Shown: positions 10,301 to 17,646 of the stretch, one piece after another | Position numbering within the stretch: the stretch's first letter is position 1 | Layout of the letters: the number at the start of each line of letters is the position of its first letter | Assembly: GCA_031316235.1 (NCBI GenBank) | Contig: JALDRA010000001.1 | Location: 4,117,783 to 4,149,782, forward strand | Reading direction: 5' to 3' | Length of the DNA stretch: 32,000 bases | Origin: Candidatus Scalindua sp. | Lineage (GTDB): Bacteria; Planctomycetota; Brocadiia; Brocadiales; Scalinduaceae | The notes under the pieces: model-generated | The model's input: only the letters and a program-made list of their open reading frames with translations | Database searches by the model: none | What the model was told of the DNA's origin: nothing | Translations under genes and position numbers: made by a program

Positions 10301-10729
10301 GCTGCGTGCGTAATCCTCTCCATATTCCTTCACCGGATGAAAAACCTCGCCCTCATATTTGAGTGTAAATTGAGTCGTTCCCGGTGGCAATTTCAGTTCA
10401 AAGAGCTCCAATGGAATAGAAGCATGCTGAAGGGATGGATTGTTACTATAGAATTTCCCTGCTTCAGGTCCAAAACATTTCCTGAGAACAACTCCTTTGT
10501 CCATGACCTCAGGTTTGAGTCCCTGATGAAGCACAAAATTAAAAAGCTCTGTGTGTTTTAATTCTGAGGACAATGAGATTTTATCAACGATCTCAACCCG
10601 GTGGCGTTCCGGATACAACGCAACATCAAGATCGTGGTTGATCTGGCCGAATGTAGTCGGCGATACAATCAGAACAAAGAGAGCCGTTGGTAAAAAGCGC
10701 CGACAAAATTGGTTTAAATGGTAATTCAC
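7316..10729 (-). CDS. secreted multidomain metalloprotease: M1-like gluzincin + M28 aminopeptidase + C-terminal PDZ
   Basis: 1137 aa with a signal-peptide-like N-terminus (FLPTALFVLIVSPTTFGQ). HEILH (complement of 9791-9805) followed 18 residues later by NWAEGLT gives the gluzincin HExxH-E signature. An M28 block follows later (VIGAHYDSHG, ADDNGSGISVLLEFARL, FVAFSAEEAGKLGSLHY). The C-terminus is PDZ-like (GVRLEGVTPDTPAVQAGLQKGDIIVRIED). Confidence 0.88.
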   Translation of the reverse strand: MNYHLNQFCRRFLPTALFVLIVSPTTFGQINHDLDVALYPERHRVEIVDKISLSSELKHTELFNFVLHQGLKPEVMDKGVVLRKCFGPEAGKFYSNNPSLQHASIPLELFELKLPPGTTQFTLKYEGEVFHPVKEYGEDYARSFSVTSGIISPEGVFMSGTSFWYPYFVNELVTFSMAVKLPPGWVSVSQGERNKHDTAKEFRRDEWVMEKPQEEIYLIAAEFTEYGQAAGVVDAMAFLRQPDSQLAQKYLDTTAQYLEMYRKLLGPYPYKKFALVENFWETGYGMPSFTLLGSRVIRFPFILHSSYPHEILHNWWGNGVYTDYEKGNWAEGLTTYLADHLIKEQRGEAVEYRRSVLQKYTNYVTANKDFPLTEFRSRHSAVTEAVGYGKTMMLFHMLRCQLGDQLFIKALRQFYRKYQFKITSFDEVETTFNSVTEDHLELMFEQWVKKTGAPSLRLSRAAARRQGDSYVLSATIEQIQEEVPYRLRLPIAVHMENVANAFQTSIEVDAKQYNLELNLPARPVRLDVDPEFDVFRTLDHNETPPAISQVFGAEQVLVVLPATAPESIRLAYQDLAKGWKKGSSSQLEIKLDNELDELPTDRAVWLFGWENRFRSMVNKALSDYVYDGNENQIQIDGTELERKQHSIVVMARHPSNSAQALAWLATDNVTAMPGLGRKLPHYNRYSYLGFTGDEPANVFKGQWPVVNSPMSIAVLQSDGTEVKSTAAMLAPRAALAQLPPVFSEMRMLKDIKYLASDELEGRGLGTPGIDKASDYIAKQFSDAGLLPCGDDVDDYFQTWIEQVNMPEQVALTIKNVIGIIPGKNPQWEGESVVIGAHYDSHGRGWPDVLKGNEGKIHPGADDNGSGISVLLEFARLVGKKWQPERTIVFVAFSAEEAGKLGSLHYIGHAKKYPVSKAMAMINIDTVGQLGKDALTIFGSYSAREWVHIFRGAGYVTGVEIKQSTIDTGNGDEKSFLDAGVPAVHLFSGARDNYHRPTDTVDRIDTAGLVKTAAILKEVVEYLAARPEPLTSTLTAAKESTNQKKKQQHTSRRIILGSVPDFTYTGKGVRLEGVTPDTPAVQAGLQKGDIIVRIEDTAIEDLQTYSDVLKSLQAGNEITIVFMRDDREYSVAAKVVAR

Positions 10730-10736
10730 TTGATTA

Positions 10737-10850
10737 TATACTCATCGTATAATGGATTTCGGACTAAATCCGGGAAAAACGGAGCGAGCCTGACGGCAAA
10801 CCCGTCTTTGGATTTTAGAAAAATCTATAACCATACCGGTTTTAGTATAC
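10737..10850 (+). repeat. SIR copy C, divergent 114-bp copy, forward orientation
   Basis: TATACTCATCGTATAATGGATTTCGGACTAAATCCGGG...GACGGCAAACCCGTC...GGATTTTAGAAAAATCTATAACCA...TTTTAGTATAC. It has the same ends and order of hairpins as copy A, but a different sequence at the hairpin 2 position. Confidence 0.8.
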
Positions 10851-11090
10851 TCCAATAAGAAAACAGTATCCTTATAAATTGTAAGGTTTACCATTGAGTT
10901 GTCAACCATATTAAAGTTAACTATTTGATGATCTATGCTTACGATGCTGTCGGGCATGGAACACTTCTCTTCTCAATTCATCGATACATGAATACAGGCT
11001 GCCATGTTTCAGTCTTTGTCACCATATACATCTGTATGATTGAGTCATTCATAAAAAAAAGCTACAAGAGATAACTAAATATCAAACCAG

Positions 11091-11202
11091 CTATACTAAA
11101 ACCTATCTGGTTTTCGGTTTTACCGGAAACCAAATCTTGGTGAAGGTATACTCGCTCAAATTTATCTCGGATTTTATCCGAAAACCATTATGAGATGAGT
11201 AT
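11091..11202 (-). repeat. SIR copy D, 112 bp, reverse orientation, lacks the 28-nt hairpin-2 module
   Basis: The reverse complement equals copy F except that CAAGTCCTCGGCGCTTTTTGTCCGGGGA is precisely absent (GAGCGAGTA|TACCTTCACC). Confidence 0.9.
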
Positions 11203-11613
11203 ATCCTTAAACAGTGTAACAGAAAGGAACACTATTGTTACATTACCAACAATACTTCCTTCTTCATACAATCAGTTCAAATTATAACGTACAGAAATGG
11301 TTATCTTTAGAGCAGTATTTGATGTGTAATGTATTTTATCAAAACAATGGTATGAATATTGCGTAAAATCAATAAAATACTATAAAAATCAAAAAACCCA
11401 TCTCTCAATCTTCTTCATTAAAAAAGGAGCCTTTAACGTTACTATCAGGAAAAAACAGGTTTGTCCTAGCACCATTTAGTCTTGCAGTAAATCAACTTAA
11501 GAAAAACAAAGAGATAATGAAAAAGTTTTCTGATAAAGGTTATGCTAAAAAGGATAGTGAAATACCGTACTAATACCAGGATGATGCCCTGTCACGGCTG
11601 CATTATAAAAGGA

Positions 11614-11675
11614 TATACTAAAACCGATTTGATTTTCGGTTTTACCGGAAATCAAATCTTGGTTGCAGTTATACT
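11614..11675 (-). repeat. SIR copy E, 62-bp half element (hairpin-3 module only)
   Basis: TATACTAAAACCGATTTGATTTTCGGTTTTACCGGAAATCAAATCTTGGTTGCAGTTATACT. It matches the first 62 nt of copy D and stops at the internal TATACT that D also has. Confidence 0.8.
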
Positions 11676-11747
11676 GGCAAAGCACCTCTATAAGGTCTTA
11701 AATTCCTCAAGTTATGGTTTTTAAATGACAATGTTATTTACAAATAT

Positions 11748-11769
11748 TTTCTGCATCTCAATGCAGAAA
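11748..11769. promoter_or_regulatory. perfect 9-bp stem / 4-nt loop hairpin TTTCTGCAT-CTCA-ATGCAGAAA
   Basis: Lies 24 nt upstream of the 11793 start codon. No U-run follows, so it does not look like an intrinsic terminator. Possible operator or leader structure. Confidence 0.2.
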
Positions 11770-11792
11770 TTCTGAAGGTGTAAAAGAAAAAC

Positions 11793-12338
11793 ATGAAAAG
11801 AGATATGGACTTAATAAGAAAATTACTCTTTTACTTTGAGCAAACGAAAGATACTGTGCATGATAATCTTCCAAAGATTGAAGGATATGATGCAAATAGT
11901 ATAAAATATCATATTTATCTGTTGTATGACTCAAAACTTCTTCACTGTGAACCGGTGAAATCAGAGATAACCGGGCAGGTTTTATATTTAACGCCGCTTA
12001 ATGTATCGTGGGATGGAAACGAGTTCCTGGAGAAGGTAAGAAGCGACATCACCTGGGAAAAAATAAAAAAAACAATCGTTGACAAAGGTGAAGCTTTTTC
12101 TTTCAGCAATATAAATCAGATAACAAACCAAAAGGGAGACCAGGAAAAGTATTGTCTGAATCCTGATTTTGAGTTGAAGTGGCAAAAACTGATTGACAGA
12201 AATCCAGGTGATCTGCAAGTGCATGCCCTTCATGCCCTGAGACTTGGTCTGTACCTGAAAGAAGAGAGAGGAGATATAACAAATAATGAAGCCAGCAGGA
12301 TTTTTGAAAATATAAAAATGTCGTTAGTTACATTATAG
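11793..12338 (+). CDS. DUF2513-like hypothetical protein
   Basis: 181 aa. The N-terminus MKRDMDLIRKLLFYFE...YHIYLL matches my recollection of the DUF2513 family (often phage or island associated). Assignment from memory only. Confidence 0.55.
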   Translation: MKRDMDLIRKLLFYFEQTKDTVHDNLPKIEGYDANSIKYHIYLLYDSKLLHCEPVKSEITGQVLYLTPLNVSWDGNEFLEKVRSDITWEKIKKTIVDKGEAFSFSNINQITNQKGDQEKYCLNPDFELKWQKLIDRNPGDLQVHALHALRLGLYLKEERGDITNNEASRIFENIKMSLVTL

Positions 12339-12554
12339 CTTACAATAAAAATATCCTGAATGGTATAAAAAGAATTGTCACAGTATTTCATGATGAAAAG
12401 ATCTTTATACATGAGGCACTTATTTCCCAAGGTCTCCCACGCAAAGATTCATCCCCTAATTTTTTCATATTTTTATCACCAAACCAAAGATAATGTAACA
12501 ACACTCATTAATATTCATCTAGATTTTAAACAATTATAAATTTCAGAAGAAAGG

Positions 12555-13907
12555 ATGTTTGAGATGAGAAGGATCCTGTTTGTGGATAATGATTTGGGTG
12601 CGTCGCGGGAATTAAGAAAGATACTTTGCCTCATGTGCCCTGATTGGGACATAGACATTGTCATAAGCGGAGAAGAAGCACTGCACCTCATGTCAGAATC
12701 CTCTTTTGATGTTCTTGTGTCCGACATTTATCTCCAGGGAATGAACGGTGTAGAATTACTTGGTGCTGTTAGTGAACGTTATCCTGAAACTGTTCGTATT
12801 ATTCATGCAGAGGTTTCTGATCCTGAGACAGTCCTTAAGTCCACTATGACCGTGCATCAGTTTTTGACGAAACCGTGTTGTGCCGAAATAATGAAAAAGA
12901 CCATTGAACGTACATGCAAACTTCGAGATATGTTAAATAACGAAACATTAAAAAAGATAGTTGCAGGTACAAAAAATTTGCCGAGCCTCCCTGTTTTATA
13001 TAATTCAATCGTATCAGAAATGCAGTCTTCAGAACCTTCTCTCAGAAAGGTAGGCCATTTCATTTCACAGGACGTGTCAATGTCTGCAAAAATCCTACAG
13101 TTAGTCAACTCTGCTTTCTTTGCTCTGCCACGCAAAATTACCAACCTGCAGCATGCATCAGTTTTTGTGGGGATAGAGTCATTGAAGGCACTTGTACTGT
13201 CTATTCATCTGTTTTCTTCATTTACAGAGGATGCAGAATTATCTGGATTCTCGATAACGAAAATGTGGAACCATTGTTTGATAACTGGAGGTCTTGCCAG
13301 GGACATTGCGCGTGCAGAAAAGGCTTCTGGTAATGTAGCAGAAGAGGCGATGATAGCGGGAATGTTACATGATATAGGAAAACTTATAATGCTGAAAGTC
13401 CCCCGTCAATACAAAAAAGTGATAAAACTTATTGAAACAACCGGTTGTGATTCTGCAGAAGCTGAATACACTGTTATGAAAACTTCTCATTCAGAATTGG
13501 GAGCTTATCTCTTGGGACTCTGGGGACTTCCCGGCAATGTAGTCGAATCAGTTGCCTTTCACCACAACCCATCCAGGCTGATAGAGCGTATGTTCATTAT
13601 GTCAAATGAATCCCTGAAAGAGGGTTTGATCAAAACTGAATCGAAAGATAGCATCTTGATACCTCAGCCGACAGCAAACCACTCGAATGAGTTTACCGCA
13701 TTAACAGCTGTTCATATAGCGAATGCATTGACAATGCAGGAAGTAATTTCAGAGGAGTCAACTCTTTTCCCGTACGTAGACATGTCGTATTTAAAAACTC
13801 TGGATTTGACAGACAGGTTACCGAAGTGGGTTGAGCTTTGTACCAATATAAAAAAACGATCCCATGCTGAAACTATTTTCCCCGGGCAATTTCCATCTCT
13901 TCAGTAA
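12555..13907 (+). CDS. response-regulator receiver + HDOD domain protein
   Basis: 450 aa; ATG 12564 (MRRILFVD) is an alternative start 8 nt downstream of AAAGGA. Receiver features are ILFVDND, FDVLVSDIYLQGMNG and FLTKP. HDOD features are LPSLPVLYNSIVSEMQS...ISQDVSMSAKILQLVNSAFF...SLKALV, later GMLHDIGKL. Confidence 0.85.
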   Translation: MFEMRRILFVDNDLGASRELRKILCLMCPDWDIDIVISGEEALHLMSESSFDVLVSDIYLQGMNGVELLGAVSERYPETVRIIHAEVSDPETVLKSTMTVHQFLTKPCCAEIMKKTIERTCKLRDMLNNETLKKIVAGTKNLPSLPVLYNSIVSEMQSSEPSLRKVGHFISQDVSMSAKILQLVNSAFFALPRKITNLQHASVFVGIESLKALVLSIHLFSSFTEDAELSGFSITKMWNHCLITGGLARDIARAEKASGNVAEEAMIAGMLHDIGKLIMLKVPRQYKKVIKLIETTGCDSAEAEYTVMKTSHSELGAYLLGLWGLPGNVVESVAFHHNPSRLIERMFIMSNESLKEGLIKTESKDSILIPQPTANHSNEFTALTAVHIANALTMQEVISEESTLFPYVDMSYLKTLDLTDRLPKWVELCTNIKKRSHAETIFPGQFPSLQ

Positions 13908-13910
13908 CAT

Positions 13911-14138
13911 TCATTTTTTCTCACGTAATGCTTGCATTTTATATTCTACGGCAAGCTGGAACAGGAACTCCGGAATGATAAAGAACATGATCCACTGAAA
14001 GCCGATACGTGAGGAGTAGCGGAGGATCTGCAAGGGACATGAAGCTGATAAATGATTAGGTTTTATTATTGCGTGAAAAATGGCGATGAGTAGCTTCATT
14101 AAGAGGCTCAAACCTCCTGAGGGTGCAGGAAAAAACAA
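13911..14138 (-). pseudogene. orphan fragment duplicating part of the 18000-18659 reading frame
   Basis: The 75-aa ORF ends ...LQILRYSSRIGFQWIMFFIIPEFLFQLAVEYKMQALREKK; compare ...LQIFRYSSLIGFQWIMFFIIPEFLFQFAVEYK at the end of 18000..18659. Nucleotides 13943-14033 align with 18008-18098 at about 90 percent identity, including a 45-nt identical core. The upstream part of the ORF has no similarity. Confidence 0.7.
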
Positions 14139-14159
14139 CTTGTTATTCTTTCCTGGGTT

Positions 14160-14390
14160 CTAAGCTAAGAATTTTTTAATCTCATCTACACTAGCCACTT
14201 TACCTTCACTGACAACATCATGATTAATTGATAATGCCGGTGTTCTCATGATGCCAGCAGTAATGATGGCATTCATATCTGTTATTTTTTTCACCTCATA
14301 AGGAATATTCAATTCCCTGGCCGCATCTTCTGCATTGGCTGTTAGTTGCTGACATTTACTGCAACCGCTACCATAAATAATAAATTTCAT
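14160..14390 (-). CDS. thioredoxin-fold small redox protein (redox-active disulfide protein 2 type)
   Basis: 76 aa: MKFIIYGSGCSKCQ (CxxC) ... GIMRTPALSINHDVV. This small glutaredoxin/thioredoxin-like family is typically encoded next to COG0701-type permeases. Confidence 0.85.
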   Translation of the reverse strand: MKFIIYGSGCSKCQQLTANAEDAARELNIPYEVKKITDMNAIITAGIMRTPALSINHDVVSEGKVASVDEIKKFLA

Positions 14391-14410
14391 TTTTTATCCC
14401 CTTATTACTC

Positions 14411-15730
14411 TCACCAAAAATTACCATAAATAAATCCTGATATGGTTGCCATGACGGTAACAAGCATACAGTAAACTACTGTTTTTTGAGTTCCAATGAT
14501 GGTGCGTATAACCAGCATGTTCGGCAGTGATAAGGCTGGACCTGCCAGTAACAGCGCCAATGCTGGCCCCTTACCCATCCCGGAAGCAAGTAAACCTTCT
14601 ACTATCGGAACTTCAGTCAACGTGGAAAAATACATGAACGCACCCATTACCGATGCCAGGAATGTTGACAGCAGCGAGTTATCCCCCACGGCCATGACTA
14701 CCCATTCATCTGGTATTAATCCGTCATACCCAGGTCGACCTAACAATAAGCCTGCAATAAACACACCGCCTATTAGTAAAGGCATGATCTGCTTTGTAAA
14801 ATCCCAAGTCTGAGCAGCCCACTCCCGATCTTGACTATTTAGTAAGGCCAACAGCATGATACCAATCACACCAATAGAAAAGGGCAATTGTGGTGCACCA
14901 GGCACAAGCAAGGCAGAAAGTGCAACGACAGCTGACAAAATCAATAAATGCTTTACAGACCACTGCCAACGAAAAACCAGTAGCGTCGCAAATAATGCAG
15001 CCAACACCGCCGTAATCTGCCATTTCCATTGATAAATCAACATCCAGGTATCGTTCTCAGCTGCAGCCCAGTTAGCAAAAACAAGAATACCAATCATCAG
15101 GCCAAAAAAAGCTACTGTAGCACTCAGCGGTTTACCTTGATCATCTGCCGAAAAACCACGACCTGAGTCCGAAGATCGTTCAGCCTCTTCCTTTCGGTAG
15201 ATGAAATGCATGATGAGACCGACAACCAATGCGAACAAGATTGCCCCAATCGCTCTGGCAATACCCAGCTCAGCTCCCAATACTTTCGCAGTCACCACAA
15301 CTGCCATAATATTGATAGCTGGCCCTGAGTAAAGAAAGGCAATAGCTGCACCCAGGCCAGCACCACGTTTATAAATTCCACCAAAAAGCGGGAGTACAGT
15401 GCATGAACAAACTGTAAGCATTGCACCGGATACCGATGCCACACCAAGCGCAACAGGTTTCGATACCTGAGGCCCCAGATATCGCATCACGGAGCCTTGG
15501 CTGATATACACTGCCATGGCGCCCGCTATCAAAAAAGCTGGTAACAAACAAAGGATGACGTGCTCTCTTGCGTACCAGTTGGTCAATCGTATACCTTCGA
15601 GCCAGGCATTGCTGAAACGTTCAGAATCAACAGGCAGGAAATATATAACCAAAAATCCCACTGACATAATGAGAAGAAAGCGGCCCTGATGTGGGTTTTC
15701 TTTATACATCGCACATAACTTTGTAACCAC
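14411..15730 (-). CDS. COG0701/ArsP-like multi-pass permease
   Basis: 439 aa, strongly hydrophobic throughout, with the family-typical VCSCTVLPLF motif. It lies immediately upstream of, and on the same strand as, the thioredoxin-like gene (20-bp gap). Confidence 0.8.
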   Translation of the reverse strand: MVTKLCAMYKENPHQGRFLLIMSVGFLVIYFLPVDSERFSNAWLEGIRLTNWYAREHVILCLLPAFLIAGAMAVYISQGSVMRYLGPQVSKPVALGVASVSGAMLTVCSCTVLPLFGGIYKRGAGLGAAIAFLYSGPAINIMAVVVTAKVLGAELGIARAIGAILFALVVGLIMHFIYRKEEAERSSDSGRGFSADDQGKPLSATVAFFGLMIGILVFANWAAAENDTWMLIYQWKWQITAVLAALFATLLVFRWQWSVKHLLILSAVVALSALLVPGAPQLPFSIGVIGIMLLALLNSQDREWAAQTWDFTKQIMPLLIGGVFIAGLLLGRPGYDGLIPDEWVVMAVGDNSLLSTFLASVMGAFMYFSTLTEVPIVEGLLASGMGKGPALALLLAGPALSLPNMLVIRTIIGTQKTVVYCMLVTVMATISGFIYGNFW

Positions 15731-15765
15731 AACAATACCCCGGTTAATTTTGAAAATTATATATT

Positions 15766-15905
15766 TATACTCATCTCATACTGGTTTTCGGATAAAATCC
15801 GAGATAAAATTGAGCGAGTACAAGTCCTCGGCGCTTTTTGTCCGGGGATACCTTCACCAAGATTTGGTTTCTGGTAAAACCGAAAACCAAATCGGTTTTA
15901 GTATA
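15766..15905 (+). repeat. SIR copy F, full length 140 bp, forward orientation (used as reference)
   Basis: TATACTCATCTCATACTGGTTTTCGGATAAAATCCGAGATAAAATTGAGCGAGTACAAGTCCTCGGCGCTTTTTGTCCGGGGATACCTTCACCAAGATTTGGTTTCTGGTAAAACCGAAAACCAAATCGGTTTTAGTATA. Confidence 0.9.
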
Positions 15906-16023
15906 GCTAAAAGGATCAGACCATCAAATGTCTCTTCTGGAACCATCAACACAGGCCTGTCTGCCATCTCACAAAGATTGGCAGCAGTACTCGCAATCAA
16001 ACCACCCGATTCTGCAACGCCTG

Positions 16024-17592
16024 CTACAGTGCCTGATTGACCAGCGCAAGAATCTGCTCAGATTCTGAGACCGATTCGGTATCAATGGTAACGGTATAGC
16101 CCTGCTCATCGTCATCGAGTCCCGCGTACGCCGCGAGCTGATGCTCAAGCACGCTGAGATCTGCTTCCGAGATGTCGCGGCCTTCACGCTGGCGGTTTTG
16201 AATGCGCTGTCGAAGCACATCGGCATCGGCACGAAAGAACAGGATACGAATCGGCACACCGAGACGATCCGCCAGTTGCTTAAAAGGTTTTCTCTGCTGG
16301 CGTTCGAGAAACGTCGCGTCAATGATTACGGAATACCAGGATTGCAGAACAGCCTCGGCAAGTTCTGCAAGTTTCCCATAGGTTTGCCGACCGGCGTCTT
16401 CGGAGTACACCCCTTCACTGATAGTGGACGCCTCACCTTGCCGCCTGCCTTTACCGAACATTCGCTGTCGCTCGCGATCCGAGCGAATTCTTATTGCTGC
16501 CAATGACTCAACCAATGGCCCCGAGAGGGTGGACTTGCCGCTGCCCGACAAGCCATGGGTGATGAATAATGCAGGCTGTTGCGGCTGTGTGTAGCTGAGC
16601 GCGAGCTGTAGATAACACTCGAATTCCTGCATGTCTGACGATTGCAGGTCGGACACGGCTTGCTGGCCCAAACGAATACACGCGACTTTGGCTCGCACCA
16701 TGGCACGGTAAGCCTGGTAGTAGCGAAATACCCGCAGCCCCTGATAATCCCCGGTCCTTTCCAGATAGCTGTTCAAAAAACGGCAGGCAAGATTGTGCTT
16801 CCCGTGGTACTCGAGGTCCATGCACAGGAAAGCTACCTCGCTCATTACGTCAATCCAGTAGAGATCAGGATTAAACTCGATACCATCAAAGATGACCACT
16901 CGATCGTCGACCACCGCCATATTGCCCAGATGCATATCACCATGGCATTCACGAATAAAGCCCTGTTCTTTTCTCTGCCGAAAATGCGGGTAACACGATT
17001 CGTATTGGTGTTCGGCCCATACTTCCAGCTGATCAAGCAATTCAAGATGTCGGGGAGCGTGCATACGCTCTCGAATTTGCACAAAATTTTCATGCACCGG
17101 TGCGGCGACGTGATCAGGATTTCCATATCGGGTGCCGGGAGTTGCTGCCGGAATGGTCTGGTGAAAGTCTGCAACCTGGGCAATGACCTGACTGATGTGA
17201 GTATCGGCCAGAAGATGCTGTTGCAGCATATGGCTCAACAGTGCCTGCTGCGGAAAACGGCACATTTTCACTGCGTATTCGAAGGCTTCACCTGATCCTC
17301 CCAGTTGCAGCTGGTCGGGTGTGCCGGTAATAGGAACAACCGCCAAGTAGAGTTCAGGCGCCAGCCTGCCATTGAGGCGCAGTTCCTCTTCGCAATAGAA
17401 TTTGCGTTTGGCCAGCGTCGAGCAGTCCATGAACCCGAGATTGAGCGCCTTTTTAATCTTATAGGCATACGATCCACTCAGGAAAACCCAAGAAATATGG
17501 GTTTCGATCAGCTCAAGCCTATCAGCGTCGTGCGGGTATACCGAGGGATTCTGTAGAGAGCGGATCAATTGGCGCTGGTTTTTATCAATCAT
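16024..17592 (-). CDS. two-domain kinase: APH-like protein-kinase fold + C-terminal P-loop (AAA_33/zeta-toxin-like) kinase
   Basis: 522 aa. The N-terminal half carries the aminoglycoside/choline-kinase catalytic motif (CHGDMHLGNM ... DGIEF). The C-terminal half has a Walker A motif (HGLSGSGKSTL) and a short nucleotide-kinase-like domain. Confidence 0.85.
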   Translation of the reverse strand: MIDKNQRQLIRSLQNPSVYPHDADRLELIETHISWVFLSGSYAYKIKKALNLGFMDCSTLAKRKFYCEEELRLNGRLAPELYLAVVPITGTPDQLQLGGSGEAFEYAVKMCRFPQQALLSHMLQQHLLADTHISQVIAQVADFHQTIPAATPGTRYGNPDHVAAPVHENFVQIRERMHAPRHLELLDQLEVWAEHQYESCYPHFRQRKEQGFIRECHGDMHLGNMAVVDDRVVIFDGIEFNPDLYWIDVMSEVAFLCMDLEYHGKHNLACRFLNSYLERTGDYQGLRVFRYYQAYRAMVRAKVACIRLGQQAVSDLQSSDMQEFECYLQLALSYTQPQQPALFITHGLSGSGKSTLSGPLVESLAAIRIRSDRERQRMFGKGRRQGEASTISEGVYSEDAGRQTYGKLAELAEAVLQSWYSVIIDATFLERQQRKPFKQLADRLGVPIRILFFRADADVLRQRIQNRQREGRDISEADLSVLEHQLAAYAGLDDDEQGYTVTIDTESVSESEQILALVNQAL

Positions 17593-17646
17593 GTCTGACT
17601 GTCCCCTGAGGATGATAGAAATTTTCTTTTTAGAGATTGTGCGATA

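Noticed and set aside
9818-10561. 247-aa plus-strand ORF (and several 60-86-aa ORFs) inside the protease gene
   Set aside because: It is entirely antisense to a 1137-aa ORF with clear catalytic motifs. The product is low-complexity with no recognisable motif or SD. This is a typical shadow ORF.
3636-15905. Possibility that the repeated 62-141 bp elements form a CRISPR array
   Set aside because: The copies are kilobases apart, occur in both orientations, are far longer than CRISPR repeats, and are separated by genes. I see no cas genes.
16141-17556. Plus- and minus-strand ORFs of 69-217 aa overlapping the kinase gene (for example 16642..17295, 16508..16825)
   Set aside because: They are shadow ORFs, favoured by the locally higher GC. 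The 522-aa frame carries both kinase signatures and the others carry none.
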